From: a virus
Length of the DNA: 64,000 nt
Reading direction: 5' to 3' (one strand)
IMG/VR virus record: IMGVR_UViG_3300028654_000015
Coordinates: 14,368 to 78,367 of that record
Below, in pieces: positions 11,596 through 21,371 of the stretch (position 1 is the stretch's first letter; every line of letters begins with the position of its first letter). The notes beneath the pieces were generated by a model, which was given only the letters and a program-made list of their open reading frames with translations, had not been told where the DNA came from and ran no database searches. Position numbers and translations under genes: made by a program.

Positions 11596-11840
11596 TGAAA
11601 AAATTTATTCCTGTAGAAAATCATACTGGATTGTTTAGAGATTCTAAAAGCAAAGCCATCATCAATTTCAATGAAGAGAAAAAGGCAATAAAAGATAAAG
11701 TTAAAACTTTAACTAGACTAAAACTAGAAGCAGAAAAGGTCAAAAATGACCGAATAAATACAATAGACGAACGAGTATCCAATTTAGAAGATAAGATAGA
11801 TAAAATTTTAGAAATATTAACAAAAAATGTCACTGATTAA
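11595..11840 (+). CDS. Small conserved coiled-coil protein
   Basis: VENHTGLFRDSKSKAIIN followed by a coiled coil; a gene type usually found after vrlC in T4-like phages. Confidence 0.65.
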   Translation: MKKFIPVENHTGLFRDSKSKAIINFNEEKKAIKDKVKTLTRLKLEAEKVKNDRINTIDERVSNLEDKIDKILEILTKNVTD

Positions 11841-12027
11841 CGTACCAGACACATATAGTTTTGATTTATGGAGATTGGCAGAGAATCTAATTGCTCAATA
11901 TGAAGGCGATTTGACTTTACTTAATACTGTTATTAAAACAGATCTAGTATCTGCAATTAATGAAGTAAATGGTAATGTATCGAATCTAGGAAAAAGTGTT
12001 CTCGTATTAGCAATAGCAATGGCTTAA
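11827..12027 (+). CDS. Short fibre-attachment protein
   Basis: GDLTLLNTVIKTDLVSAINEV trimeric-fibre-type motif and C-terminal LAIAMA. Confidence 0.55.
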   Translation: MSLINVPDTYSFDLWRLAENLIAQYEGDLTLLNTVIKTDLVSAINEVNGNVSNLGKSVLVLAIAMA

Positions 12028-12040
12028 AGGATAGAAAGAT

Positions 12041-12379
12041 ATGGCAAATGTTTTTAAAAATGCAATAGTACCAAACGTAGGAAATACTTGGACAGCAGCA
12101 TATACTGCTCCCGCAGGCAAAGCATCATACATGATACAATTAGATATTGCATGTACTGGTAATACTGGTGTTCAGGTTTCTGTTCGTGTATTTGATTTTT
12201 CTACTTCACAATATGCATATATTGTAAGATATGCACCAGTACCAGAAGGAAGTTCAATTCAAATAATTGATGGACAAAAGATTGTATTAGAAGCACAAGA
12301 TTCTGTTGAAATTATGTGTGAAAGTGCTGGACAATTTGTTGATGCAGTTGGAAGTTTAATTGAAGATATAAATTCATAA
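12041..12379 (+). CDS. Small beta-sandwich virion protein
   Basis: MANVFKNA...GQKIVLEAQDSV pattern common in phage fibre clusters; AAGGA upstream. Confidence 0.6.
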   Translation: MANVFKNAIVPNVGNTWTAAYTAPAGKASYMIQLDIACTGNTGVQVSVRVFDFSTSQYAYIVRYAPVPEGSSIQIIDGQKIVLEAQDSVEIMCESAGQFVDAVGSLIEDINS

Positions 12380-12390
12380 AGAGATAATTC

Positions 12391-14910
12391 ATGGCGTACC
12401 TTGGCAACGCAGTTACACAACTTATTTACGCCGCGAATCATCGTGACGATATAACACCAGATGGTGTATCGTCTTCTTTTTCTCTTTCTCAACAAGTACC
12501 TGGTGGTTATGAAGAAAATGTAACAGTTTTTAGACGTAGATATTTAAAAGATATTTTAGTTGAAAATTCAAATCAACTTTCTATTAATGGATCTCTTTCT
12601 CAATTAAGTTGTTCTAATGCATCAATAGCAGCAGCCCTATCAATTGTACAACCTCCTATAACTGGTGTGCAACCAGCAGACAATATCATATTATCTGGAT
12701 GTACAAATTCTGGTAATAATTCTGTATTTCCTATTCTTGCGAATGGTGTTGTATATAATGGTTCTACTATAACTATATCATTAGATGGTGCCTTAATTAC
12801 TGAGAGTGGTGGGTCAATAACAGTAACGAGAGGATATCTAGGCTTTTGGGAAGTTTTAAATCCAGGTATTGAATATACAATTGGTGGTGCAATAAACACT
12901 GCAAATTATAATAAAATAATTACATTATCAGAAGTACCACAAATAGATGATGAGTTATATGTAATTCATCGTGCAGATGCTACATATAATTTCGTACCAA
13001 CTGCAAAAAGTGTTGGGCCTGATCAACTACAAGACAATTTACGAAATTTTAATTGTGATCGTTTTACTGGAAATGGTTCTACTGTTACATATACTTTGTC
13101 TGAAGATGCAGTTTCTTCTAAAGCATTAATGGTGACTGTAAATGGAGTCCAGAGTGACGGTGATGATACGGATGCATCATTCGTTGGAGATTGGCAATTA
13201 AATAATGACAATATTTCTATTACATTTCATTCTGCTCCAGCAAATCTTGCAAAAATTCGTGTATTAAATCTTGGCTTTTCTACAATTAGTAGACGTGCAA
13301 CACTATCACCAGGTCAAGTTGGTTCTATTGCCCCGCATTCTATTACTTCACTACAACTTGCAAGCAATTGCGTTCTTGCTGCAAATTTAAATCCTAGTTC
13401 TGTAACTAATAATGCACTAGGACCAAATTCTGTTTCTGGTTCCAAAATTCTTCTTAATAATAACGAAGGATTGAATTGGTTACAATTAGACAATAGTACA
13501 GTACAACCAGTATTACAATTAACAAATTCAAATAATACATATTTGTATAGTCCTGGTTATATTAGACTATACGGAATAGGTAGCATCAATCTTGCGTTGG
13601 GTGGTGGTGATGTTTTAGTTCTTCAATCGAATCAATTGAGTCCTTCAGTTCCCAATGTAATAGATTTGGGTGCTACTTCTCATGAATTTAAAGATCTACA
13701 TCTAACAGGACAAGTAAATGCAAATACACTCAATACTATAAGTGATGCATCAGTTGGAGGAAATTTAAGTGTAACTGGTACAATCAATAGTGTTAATATT
13801 TCAAATTTAAATACACAAGTGCAGCAACTCTTACCAGCAGGATCCATTGTTATGACTGGTGCTTCTTCTGCTCCTACTGGTTGGTTATTGTGTGATGCTG
13901 GTGTATATGCTCAAGCAACATATCCTGCATTATATACTGCAATAGGTTCAACCTATAATATAGGCGGGGAAGGTGCTGGTAATTTTAGGGTGCCTGATTT
14001 TAGACAAAGATTTGCATTAGGTAAAGCAAGTTCTGGTACTGGTAGCACACTTGGTCAAGTAGGTGGCGCAATAGATCATACACATACATCTGCCGCACAT
14101 ACACATGATTTATCAAATCATTTTCATAATTTACCTGCTCACTATCATGGTATGGGTTCTGGCGCAGATTTAAATATTATAAGTTCTGGTACGCATAATA
14201 CAAATATAGATATTTCACACGGTCATACTGCTGGTAGTGGTACCAATACTACTAGTACATCGAGTACTGGTTTGCATGGTGGTATAAGTGGAAATGTAAA
14301 AACAGACTTTGTAACAACTACTATGACAGATCCTAGTCATGCTCATACCGTAGGCGATACAGGACATGCTCACGGAGTGAACGATAGTGGACATGCACAC
14401 GGAATATTAGGAAGAGATAGTGGATCAACTGCTTCAACTGCTAGATTTAATCATTCAGTTTCTAGTTCTTCTGCTAGTGATAATACAATTCTATCGAATG
14501 GTTCTACTACTGGGATTAGTATACAATCTAGTACTACTGGAGTGACAGTACAAAGTCATACTACCGGAATTACACTATCAAGTAGCGATCAATTGAATTT
14601 AGATCCTGCCCAAGGGCCTGCCGCCTCTGTACAACATAGACATACAATTAATATGACAGATCCTGGACATTTTCATCCAGTATTCGTTGATGCTTTAGGT
14701 TCTACTATAAAAACTGATACAAGTGGAGTGCATTTACATTCTTCTGGTAGTTTCTCTGGTAGTATTGGCAATGTAAGTTCTGGTAATGACGGAAATTCTA
14801 CAATATTATCTGGCACCCCATCAACTAATTCAACAGGTAGTGGAGGTGCAGCCGCAACCACTTCAAATAATCCTCCATTTTTGGTTGTCAATTATATAAT
14901 AAAGACATAA
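12391..14910 (+). CDS. Tail fibre with tail-collar domain and His-rich tip
   Basis: PAGSIVMTGASSAPTGWLLCD...YPALYTAIG...FRVPDFRQRF collar domain; many HxH motifs; ends NNPPFLVVNYIIKT. Confidence 0.8.
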   Translation: MAYLGNAVTQLIYAANHRDDITPDGVSSSFSLSQQVPGGYEENVTVFRRRYLKDILVENSNQLSINGSLSQLSCSNASIAAALSIVQPPITGVQPADNIILSGCTNSGNNSVFPILANGVVYNGSTITISLDGALITESGGSITVTRGYLGFWEVLNPGIEYTIGGAINTANYNKIITLSEVPQIDDELYVIHRADATYNFVPTAKSVGPDQLQDNLRNFNCDRFTGNGSTVTYTLSEDAVSSKALMVTVNGVQSDGDDTDASFVGDWQLNNDNISITFHSAPANLAKIRVLNLGFSTISRRATLSPGQVGSIAPHSITSLQLASNCVLAANLNPSSVTNNALGPNSVSGSKILLNNNEGLNWLQLDNSTVQPVLQLTNSNNTYLYSPGYIRLYGIGSINLALGGGDVLVLQSNQLSPSVPNVIDLGATSHEFKDLHLTGQVNANTLNTISDASVGGNLSVTGTINSVNISNLNTQVQQLLPAGSIVMTGASSAPTGWLLCDAGVYAQATYPALYTAIGSTYNIGGEGAGNFRVPDFRQRFALGKASSGTGSTLGQVGGAIDHTHTSAAHTHDLSNHFHNLPAHYHGMGSGADLNIISSGTHNTNIDISHGHTAGSGTNTTSTSSTGLHGGISGNVKTDFVTTTMTDPSHAHTVGDTGHAHGVNDSGHAHGILGRDSGSTASTARFNHSVSSSSASDNTILSNGSTTGISIQSSTTGVTVQSHTTGITLSSSDQLNLDPAQGPAASVQHRHTINMTDPGHFHPVFVDALGSTIKTDTSGVHLHSSGSFSGSIGNVSSGNDGNSTILSGTPSTNSTGSGGAAATTSNNPPFLVVNYIIKT

Positions 14911-14923
14911 GTAGGTTTTTGTC

Positions 14924-15430
14924 ATGGGCAGATATATTGGGACATCACCTACATACGGAGCATTCGAAAAACAATTATTAATTCCTGATGGAGTTACAAA
15001 TACTTTTCTATTGACATATCAAGTAGGAAGTGAAGGTTCACTTCTTGTTGTATATGGTGGTGTTGTACAAGAACCACAAGATTCATATTCTCTTGCTGGT
15101 GGTGGTACACACATTGAATTCTCATTTATACCAGATGTAGGGCAAGATCTATTCATTGTATATCTTGGTAAAGAACTACAAGTAGCACCTTCTGTTGGTG
15201 GAGGGGTAAATTTTGTAGATGAAGAACTTCCAACAGGCGCAATTAATGGAATTAATATGGTATATACTACTGCCAACAATTTCATTACTACATCAGTAAA
15301 GATTTACTATAATGGATTAAGAATAAGTGCTCTTTTAAGTGATTTTACTATTACAGGTTCTAATCAGTTTACATTAAGTTTTGCTCCTCAAGTTGGAGAT
15401 ATCTTAGTAGTAGATTATAGAATCTCATAA
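14924..15430 (+). CDS. Fibre-associated protein with two small beta domains
   Basis: DGVTNTFLL...GVVQEP..SY and GAINGIN..YT...NGLR...DFTI...AP..GD repeats. Confidence 0.6.
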   Translation: MGRYIGTSPTYGAFEKQLLIPDGVTNTFLLTYQVGSEGSLLVVYGGVVQEPQDSYSLAGGGTHIEFSFIPDVGQDLFIVYLGKELQVAPSVGGGVNFVDEELPTGAINGINMVYTTANNFITTSVKIYYNGLRISALLSDFTITGSNQFTLSFAPQVGDILVVDYRIS

Positions 15431-15450
15431 TTGATTGGAAATAGTCTTAT

Positions 15451-15458
15451 AATAAATA
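15451..15458 (+). promoter_or_regulatory. T4-type late promoter (AATAAATA)
   Basis: Intergenic, upstream of 15523. Confidence 0.5.
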
Positions 15459-15522
15459 CTCGTGAATAATAAAAAAATGATTAAAGTTGAAAAATGATAA
15501 CTTTAAATAAGGGTTACTTTAC

Positions 15523-16845
15523 ATGTCAATAATTCAAATTCGTGGTTCTCAGATTAAATCTGGTACCATTACTGATACACAAATATCTGCATCCGCTGCA
15601 ATTGCCACAAGCAAATTAGCAGATGGTGCGATTTTCATCAAATCTGATGGATCTGTTGCATTTACAGCCGATCAGTCGATGGGTGGTAACAAACTAACAA
15701 ATCTTGCTGCACCTATAAGTGCAAATGATGCTGCACGTCTTACAGACGTTCAAGCAGCCATTAATGGTCTTGATGTCAAACAATCAGTGAGAGTAAAAAG
15801 TACAGGTTCTAATATTGTATTAGCATCTGCTCTTATAAATGGTGCAACATTAGATGGTGTTACTCTTGCTACTGGTGATCGTGTTCTTTTAACAGATCAA
15901 ACAACTGCAAGTGAAAATGGTATCTATATCGTTGCTGCTTCTGGTGCTGCATCTCGTTCTACTGATGCAAACGTAAGTTCAGAAGTTACTGCAAACATGT
16001 TTACATGGGTAGAAGAAGGTTCTGTATATTCTGATACTGGTTGGGTTCTTATTACAAATAACCCTATCACATTAGGAACTACTGCTCTTTCATTCACACA
16101 GTTTTCTGGTTCAAGTGCGGTAACTGGTGCTGCTAACGTCGGAGCATCTGGTGTTGGTGTATATGATGGAATGGCTGGATCTACTTTAGATTTCAGAAAA
16201 ATTCATTCGGCAAGTGGAAAAGTAACAGTAACACTAAACAGTCAAATGATTGATCTTGATATTGGTGCTGGAACAATTGTCAATGTTGATATTTCTTCAT
16301 CTGCTGCAATTGCTAGAAGCAAACTTGCTTCTGGTACTGCAAATTATGTTGTTATCAATGACGGTTCTGGTGTAATGTCAGAAGAACAACATCTTGCAAT
16401 TAGTCGTGGTGGTACAAATAGCGGAACTGCTCTTAACAATAACAGAGTGATGATATCATCTTCTGGTGCTATTGTTGAACAGTCTGCAATTACAGCAAAT
16501 CGTGCATTAGCATCCGATAGTAACGGATTACCTGTTGCATCAACTACTACTGATACTGAACTTGGATACGTACATGGTGTAACCAGTGCAATTCAAACAC
16601 AACTTAATACCAAACTTGCCGCGAGCAATTTTGTAGTAAGAGAAGTACCAAGTGGTTCAATAAATGGTTCTAATACATCATTTACACTTGCTAATACTCC
16701 AACTTCTGGTACCGAAATGGTATTCTTGAATGGTCTACTTCAAGAATCTGGTGCTGGTAATGATTATACAATTTCAGGTGGAACAATAACATATTTGGCT
16801 GCACCTTCAACTGGTGACAGTTTGCTAGTGTCATACATGAAATAA
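15523..16845 (+). CDS. Fibre or decoration virion protein
   Basis: GLDVKQSVRV...LDGVTLATGDRVLLTDQTTASENGIY domain, ISRGGT repeat, C-terminal small beta domain. Confidence 0.65.
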   Translation: MSIIQIRGSQIKSGTITDTQISASAAIATSKLADGAIFIKSDGSVAFTADQSMGGNKLTNLAAPISANDAARLTDVQAAINGLDVKQSVRVKSTGSNIVLASALINGATLDGVTLATGDRVLLTDQTTASENGIYIVAASGAASRSTDANVSSEVTANMFTWVEEGSVYSDTGWVLITNNPITLGTTALSFTQFSGSSAVTGAANVGASGVGVYDGMAGSTLDFRKIHSASGKVTVTLNSQMIDLDIGAGTIVNVDISSSAAIARSKLASGTANYVVINDGSGVMSEEQHLAISRGGTNSGTALNNNRVMISSSGAIVEQSAITANRALASDSNGLPVASTTTDTELGYVHGVTSAIQTQLNTKLAASNFVVREVPSGSINGSNTSFTLANTPTSGTEMVFLNGLLQESGAGNDYTISGGTITYLAAPSTGDSLLVSYMK

Positions 16846-16855
16846 ATAATTTCAT

Positions 16856-16890
16856 AACAGAGAGTGGAGAAATCCACTCTCTGTTTATAT
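16856..16890 (+). terminator. 13-bp hairpin with GAAA tetraloop (terminator or processing site)
   Basis: AACAGAGAGTGGA-GAAA-TCCACTCTCTGTT just after the stop codon; short U tract. Confidence 0.7.
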
Positions 16891-16922
16891 CATGAACATA
16901 GTGTCTTTGACTTGGAATATAA

Positions 16923-19900
16923 ATGACGCAAACTACAGTTACCGGCAAACAAATCAAAGACGATACCGTATATCGTGAAGATCTTAATACAGATCTTACC
17001 GGACATGCTCTCATAACAAAAGTAATTGCTGGAACTGGAATCTCAATAACATATACTGGCGTCGATGCTGGTACTGGTGATGTTACTATAAATGCAACAG
17101 GAACTTCTGGTGTTACTACTATTGGGACCATAGATTCCCAAACCAAAAGTGCTAACGGATTAGTTATATCTGGTGTTAATCTTTATGCACAATCAGCAGA
17201 TGCTTCAAATCCTGGATTAATTACTATTTCTGCTCAAACTATTGCTGGAAATAAAACATTTACTGGTAATATAATTCTAACTAATAACGTAGCATTACAG
17301 ATTAAAGATTCTGGTGGCACTGCTCAAACAATATTAAATTATGATGGATCTAATGTTGTATCATTAAATAATGCAACATCTAGTGCAAAAATTCAGATTA
17401 AAGTTTCTAGTGGAGGAAGCACTGAATTTCTATTAGCAGGTAATAGACAATGGTATATTGATTCTAGTGGTCAATTACAAATTGATGCTTCGAATCCTGG
17501 TGGTAATTTAGTATTGAATACTGCTACTAGAGGTATTGTTATTGGTAATAGTACTGCTTCATCTTTTGGTACAAATACAGCAACAACTATTTTCAGAGAT
17601 CCTTCAAGTGGTACTCATATTGGACTTGGTAACTTTGGTGTTCATGCACAACCAGCATCTTTGAAAGTTATTAAAGATAGAAGTTCTTCTTGGGCAGGTG
17701 GTACTGCATCACTTGCAAATGATGAAATATTTAGAATTGATACACGTGGATGTGATAATAATGCAACCTATAGAGAAGCAGCAAGAATTGCATTTTTTGC
17801 AGATGCTAATGCTTTAACTTCATCAGTTCCAGGAAGAATTGAATTGTATACTACATCATCTAGTGGAGGAAATCCAGTTAGAAGATGGTATGTTGATTCA
17901 TCTGGTATATTGCAACAAGATAGTTCAAATGGTGGAGATATTGCTTTTAATAAATCTGGTGGCGCATTAATAAATTTTACGACTACTGCATTATCGGGAA
18001 CAGGTACAACACAATCTGGTGCAACTGCCCTAGCATATGGATTCGATGAAATTACTACAATAACTGGTGGTAGTGCTGAAGCATTTGTATTACCAACTGC
18101 GGTTGCTGGTAAAGAAGTAAGAGTCTGGAATAGACATGCTACTGCTACTGCAAAAATATTTCCTGCATCGGGTGCTGCAATTGATGGTTTAGGATCAAAT
18201 GCAGTATATTCTTTGGGACCAAATAATTGTGTATCTTTCAATGCAAAATCTTCTACACAATGGTATACATTCGGACTTGAAGCATCTGTTGGTGGTATGG
18301 TATCTGGTATAGGTACTATTGATACTCAAACAAAAAGTTCTGATGGTTTAGTAATCTCTGGTGTAAATTTATACGCACAAACTGCTGATGCAACACATCC
18401 AGGGATGGTTAGTACTGTAGCACAAACATTTACTGGAGGAAAAACAGTAGTAGGAGTTGCTACTGGTACTCAAGATCTTTTTATTGGTAAATCTTTCGCA
18501 GACAATGCTGGTGATGCACCTTGTCATACTTTGACAACTGGAGGAGGAACAGTATTAGCAAGATTTGGGGGACAAAATTCAAACACCCCAACTGCATTCG
18601 TTACTTCTGCTGTAGGTTTAGGACTTATCGCTGGTAATGCTGCGGTTCCTTCGACTAGTAGTTCTTCGCAAATATATATTACAAGTAGTAATATAGCATT
18701 TCAAACAAATGTTTCTGCTAATGGTACCTTTACATTTGCGAATGCAGTCAATCTACAATGGAAAACATCCGGAGGAACTGCAACTAATATACTAAGTCTA
18801 GATGGTTCGAATAATGTATTTTTGAATGCACCAACTGGACAAGAAATAGATTTCAAAATTGCTACAAACAGAGTTTGGTATATTGATTCATCTGGTAATA
18901 AAATACAAGATGGAACCAATGGTGGCGCATTAATATTCAATAAGTCTAGCGGAATCATTCGACAGGGTACTGCTTCTAGTGCAGATAACAATTATATCTC
19001 TTTGAATGGTGGTGGTGCTGATAGTGATAATACTAGAGGGGCATTCGTATTAGCATACGGTAATAATAACGGAAATACTGGATCATTATTACTACAAACT
19101 GGAAATGCAAGTGGAGCAGCACTTAGATTATATGCAAATGCATCAGCCGGCCAAATATTCTTCTATACTGGTGGAGGAACATTAAGATGGCGCATAAATG
19201 ATGCAGGCCAAATATTTCAAGATAGTTCTAATGGTGGTGATGTTGTATTTAATATTTCCAATGGAATTATTAGACAAGGCACATCATCTAGTTCAGATAC
19301 AAATACAATTTATATCTACCCTTCAGGCCAAGGTGGAGGAGGTAATACTTCAAGAGCACCTTATATCTATCTAGCAGGAAATCAAGGAACAGATACAGGA
19401 CAATTACAATTATGGGCAGGAAATGTTTCTGGTAGCAAAGCCATATTAGGAACTGTTGGTAGTCAAAATGTAGAATTATGGACGAACAATGCACGTAGAT
19501 GGTTTGTTGATAGTTCTGGAAATTTTGTTATAAATTCTAATTCTGGTGCCAATATTGGTACTGCTTCACTTCATGTAAATGATATATTTGCTTATAACAT
19601 TGGAGTTGGAGCAAGTGATTCTACTTCTCTAGGTTTTTATACTAATGGAGTAACTAGATGGAATATTAACTCTAGTGGAAATCTACTACCATCATCAAAT
19701 AGTTCTTATAATATTGGTAGTGCAACATTGCATGTAAATGATATATTTGCTTATAACATTGGAGTTGGAGCAAGTGATTCTACTTCTCTAGGTTTTTATA
19801 CTAATGGTTTAAATAGATGGAGCGTAGATACATCTGGAAATCTCACCCAAGATGGTTCACATGGTGCAGATTTTGTATTAAATAAATCTGCTGGAATAAT

Positions 19901-20807
19901 AAGACAAGGTACCTCTTCTGGTTCTGATAATGCTGTTAATCAATTTACTGGTGGCGGGGCAGCAAATGATAATACTCGTGGAGGTTTCATAAATCTCTAT
20001 GGACACAATCACGCGACACATCCTGGACAAGTAGATATATCAACAAGTAATAGTGCATCTGCTGCAATAAACTTACTAGCCCCAGGAACTAGTGGCAGTA
20101 TAACATTCAGTATTAATGGTACACAAAAATGGCAAGTTAGTTCTGGTGGTTCATTTACACCAATATCAAATAATAGCGTAAACTTTGGTACTTCTTCTAT
20201 ACATACTCAAAATATGTATACTTATGCAGTAGGAACAGGAGATAGTACTGCTCTGAATCTCATAACAAATAATACAACAAGATGGACTCTAGATACTGCT
20301 GGGAAAGTAATTACAAGGGCAGGTCTTGCTTCTTCTATGCAAGGAAGAGGAATGAGTATTATTAATCATAATACGACTGAAACTGGTAATACTGCTGCAA
20401 CAGAAACAACCCTATTTACTTTCAGTGTACCAGCGAACACTTTAGGAACTGACGGAGATTCTTTAAGATTTATGGTAGCAGGAACTTTTGCTACAAGTGT
20501 TAGTACAAATAAAGATATAAAAGTTAAATTTGGTAGTACCACAATTTTAGATACTGGTTCATTGGCTATAACTTCTGCTGCAAATTGGATCATAGAAGGA
20601 AGAATTATTAGAACTGGTGGAACAGGACAAAAATGTATAGTTAGAATTTCGACTTCTTCTAGTGTTTTAGTAGGTACTGTTAGTTATACTTTATCATCAG
20701 AAACATTATCTGGAGCATTATCTCTTGCTGTAACTGGTAATGGGACAAATGCTAATGATGTATTAGGTGAAATGTATCAACTTGAATGGTTAGGTTCATC
20801 GACATAA
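16923..20807 (+). CDS. Long tail fibre or receptor-binding protein with internal repeats
   Basis: G/S/T/N-rich; repeated RWxIDSSG units; internal duplications. Confidence 0.7.
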   Translation: MTQTTVTGKQIKDDTVYREDLNTDLTGHALITKVIAGTGISITYTGVDAGTGDVTINATGTSGVTTIGTIDSQTKSANGLVISGVNLYAQSADASNPGLITISAQTIAGNKTFTGNIILTNNVALQIKDSGGTAQTILNYDGSNVVSLNNATSSAKIQIKVSSGGSTEFLLAGNRQWYIDSSGQLQIDASNPGGNLVLNTATRGIVIGNSTASSFGTNTATTIFRDPSSGTHIGLGNFGVHAQPASLKVIKDRSSSWAGGTASLANDEIFRIDTRGCDNNATYREAARIAFFADANALTSSVPGRIELYTTSSSGGNPVRRWYVDSSGILQQDSSNGGDIAFNKSGGALINFTTTALSGTGTTQSGATALAYGFDEITTITGGSAEAFVLPTAVAGKEVRVWNRHATATAKIFPASGAAIDGLGSNAVYSLGPNNCVSFNAKSSTQWYTFGLEASVGGMVSGIGTIDTQTKSSDGLVISGVNLYAQTADATHPGMVSTVAQTFTGGKTVVGVATGTQDLFIGKSFADNAGDAPCHTLTTGGGTVLARFGGQNSNTPTAFVTSAVGLGLIAGNAAVPSTSSSSQIYITSSNIAFQTNVSANGTFTFANAVNLQWKTSGGTATNILSLDGSNNVFLNAPTGQEIDFKIATNRVWYIDSSGNKIQDGTNGGALIFNKSSGIIRQGTASSADNNYISLNGGGADSDNTRGAFVLAYGNNNGNTGSLLLQTGNASGAALRLYANASAGQIFFYTGGGTLRWRINDAGQIFQDSSNGGDVVFNISNGIIRQGTSSSSDTNTIYIYPSGQGGGGNTSRAPYIYLAGNQGTDTGQLQLWAGNVSGSKAILGTVGSQNVELWTNNARRWFVDSSGNFVINSNSGANIGTASLHVNDIFAYNIGVGASDSTSLGFYTNGVTRWNINSSGNLLPSSNSSYNIGSATLHVNDIFAYNIGVGASDSTSLGFYTNGLNRWSVDTSGNLTQDGSHGADFVLNKSAGIIRQGTSSGSDNAVNQFTGGGAANDNTRGGFINLYGHNHATHPGQVDISTSNSASAAINLLAPGTSGSITFSINGTQKWQVSSGGSFTPISNNSVNFGTSSIHTQNMYTYAVGTGDSTALNLITNNTTRWTLDTAGKVITRAGLASSMQGRGMSIINHNTTETGNTAATETTLFTFSVPANTLGTDGDSLRFMVAGTFATSVSTNKDIKVKFGSTTILDTGSLAITSAANWIIEGRIIRTGGTGQKCIVRISTSSSVLVGTVSYTLSSETLSGALSLAVTGNGTNANDVLGEMYQLEWLGSST
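19572..19807 (+). repeat. Perfect 77-bp direct repeat (19572-19648 and 19731-19807) inside the fibre gene
   Basis: catgtaaatgatatatttgc...tatactaatgg present twice, 159-bp (53-codon) period. Confidence 0.9.
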
Positions 20808-20829
20808 AATATAATAAATATAGGAATAT

Positions 20830-21051
20830 ATGACACAAATAACAATTCCACTAAAAGATGATGCTCTACAAACAGAAATAGAAGCAGCATTTGCAGATTC
20901 ATATTCCAATCCTGATTCTTTATCTGCTTCTGATTTAGTAGCATTAAATATTTCAAATTATGTTCGCCAAATATTAAACAACTATAGACAAAAAGTAGCA
21001 GTCCAAAGTGCTCTAAATGGTGTGGTTGTAGCAGATTCATTGACTGAATAA
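20830..21051 (+). CDS. Hypothetical protein
   Basis: ORF with AATAAATA late promoter (20813-20820) and AGGA upstream. Confidence 0.55.
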   Translation: MTQITIPLKDDALQTEIEAAFADSYSNPDSLSASDLVALNISNYVRQILNNYRQKVAVQSALNGVVVADSLTE

Positions 21052-21110
21052 TAAAGACCTCAAAAGCCAAGTTAATAAATAATCTTGAAAGAATAATTTG
21101 AGGTAATAAT

Positions 21111-21356
21111 ATGCCTGTTTCAACTGCAAGATTATCATATGCGATACCAAGTTTTAGCGATTCTGTAGATCTAACACAGCATGTTCTTGGCATTTATGTT
21201 GGAACTGGTGGAAATCTAAAAGTGACATTACTAAAAGATGTCGATGGGACATCAGTTTTGTTAAAAAACATACCAAATGGTACCTTTTTAGATATTGGGG
21301 TTAAGCGTATCTGGTTGACAGGTAGTACTGCTTCTGACGTGGTTGGCTTTTTATAA
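21111..21356 (+). CDS. Putative head-spike base protein (RcGTA Rcc01079-like)
   Basis: GIYVGTGGNLKV...NIPNGTFLDIGVKRIWLTGSTASDVVG pattern; late promoter 21074-21081 and GAGG upstream. Confidence 0.6.
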   Translation: MPVSTARLSYAIPSFSDSVDLTQHVLGIYVGTGGNLKVTLLKDVDGTSVLLKNIPNGTFLDIGVKRIWLTGSTASDVVGFL

Positions 21357-21371
21357 TTCTTATATTTGTTT

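Noticed and set aside
19572-19807. 77-bp repeat pair as a diversity-generating retroelement TR/VR
   Set aside because: The copies are identical with no adenine-specific changes, both are mid-gene, and no reverse transcriptase is in the window
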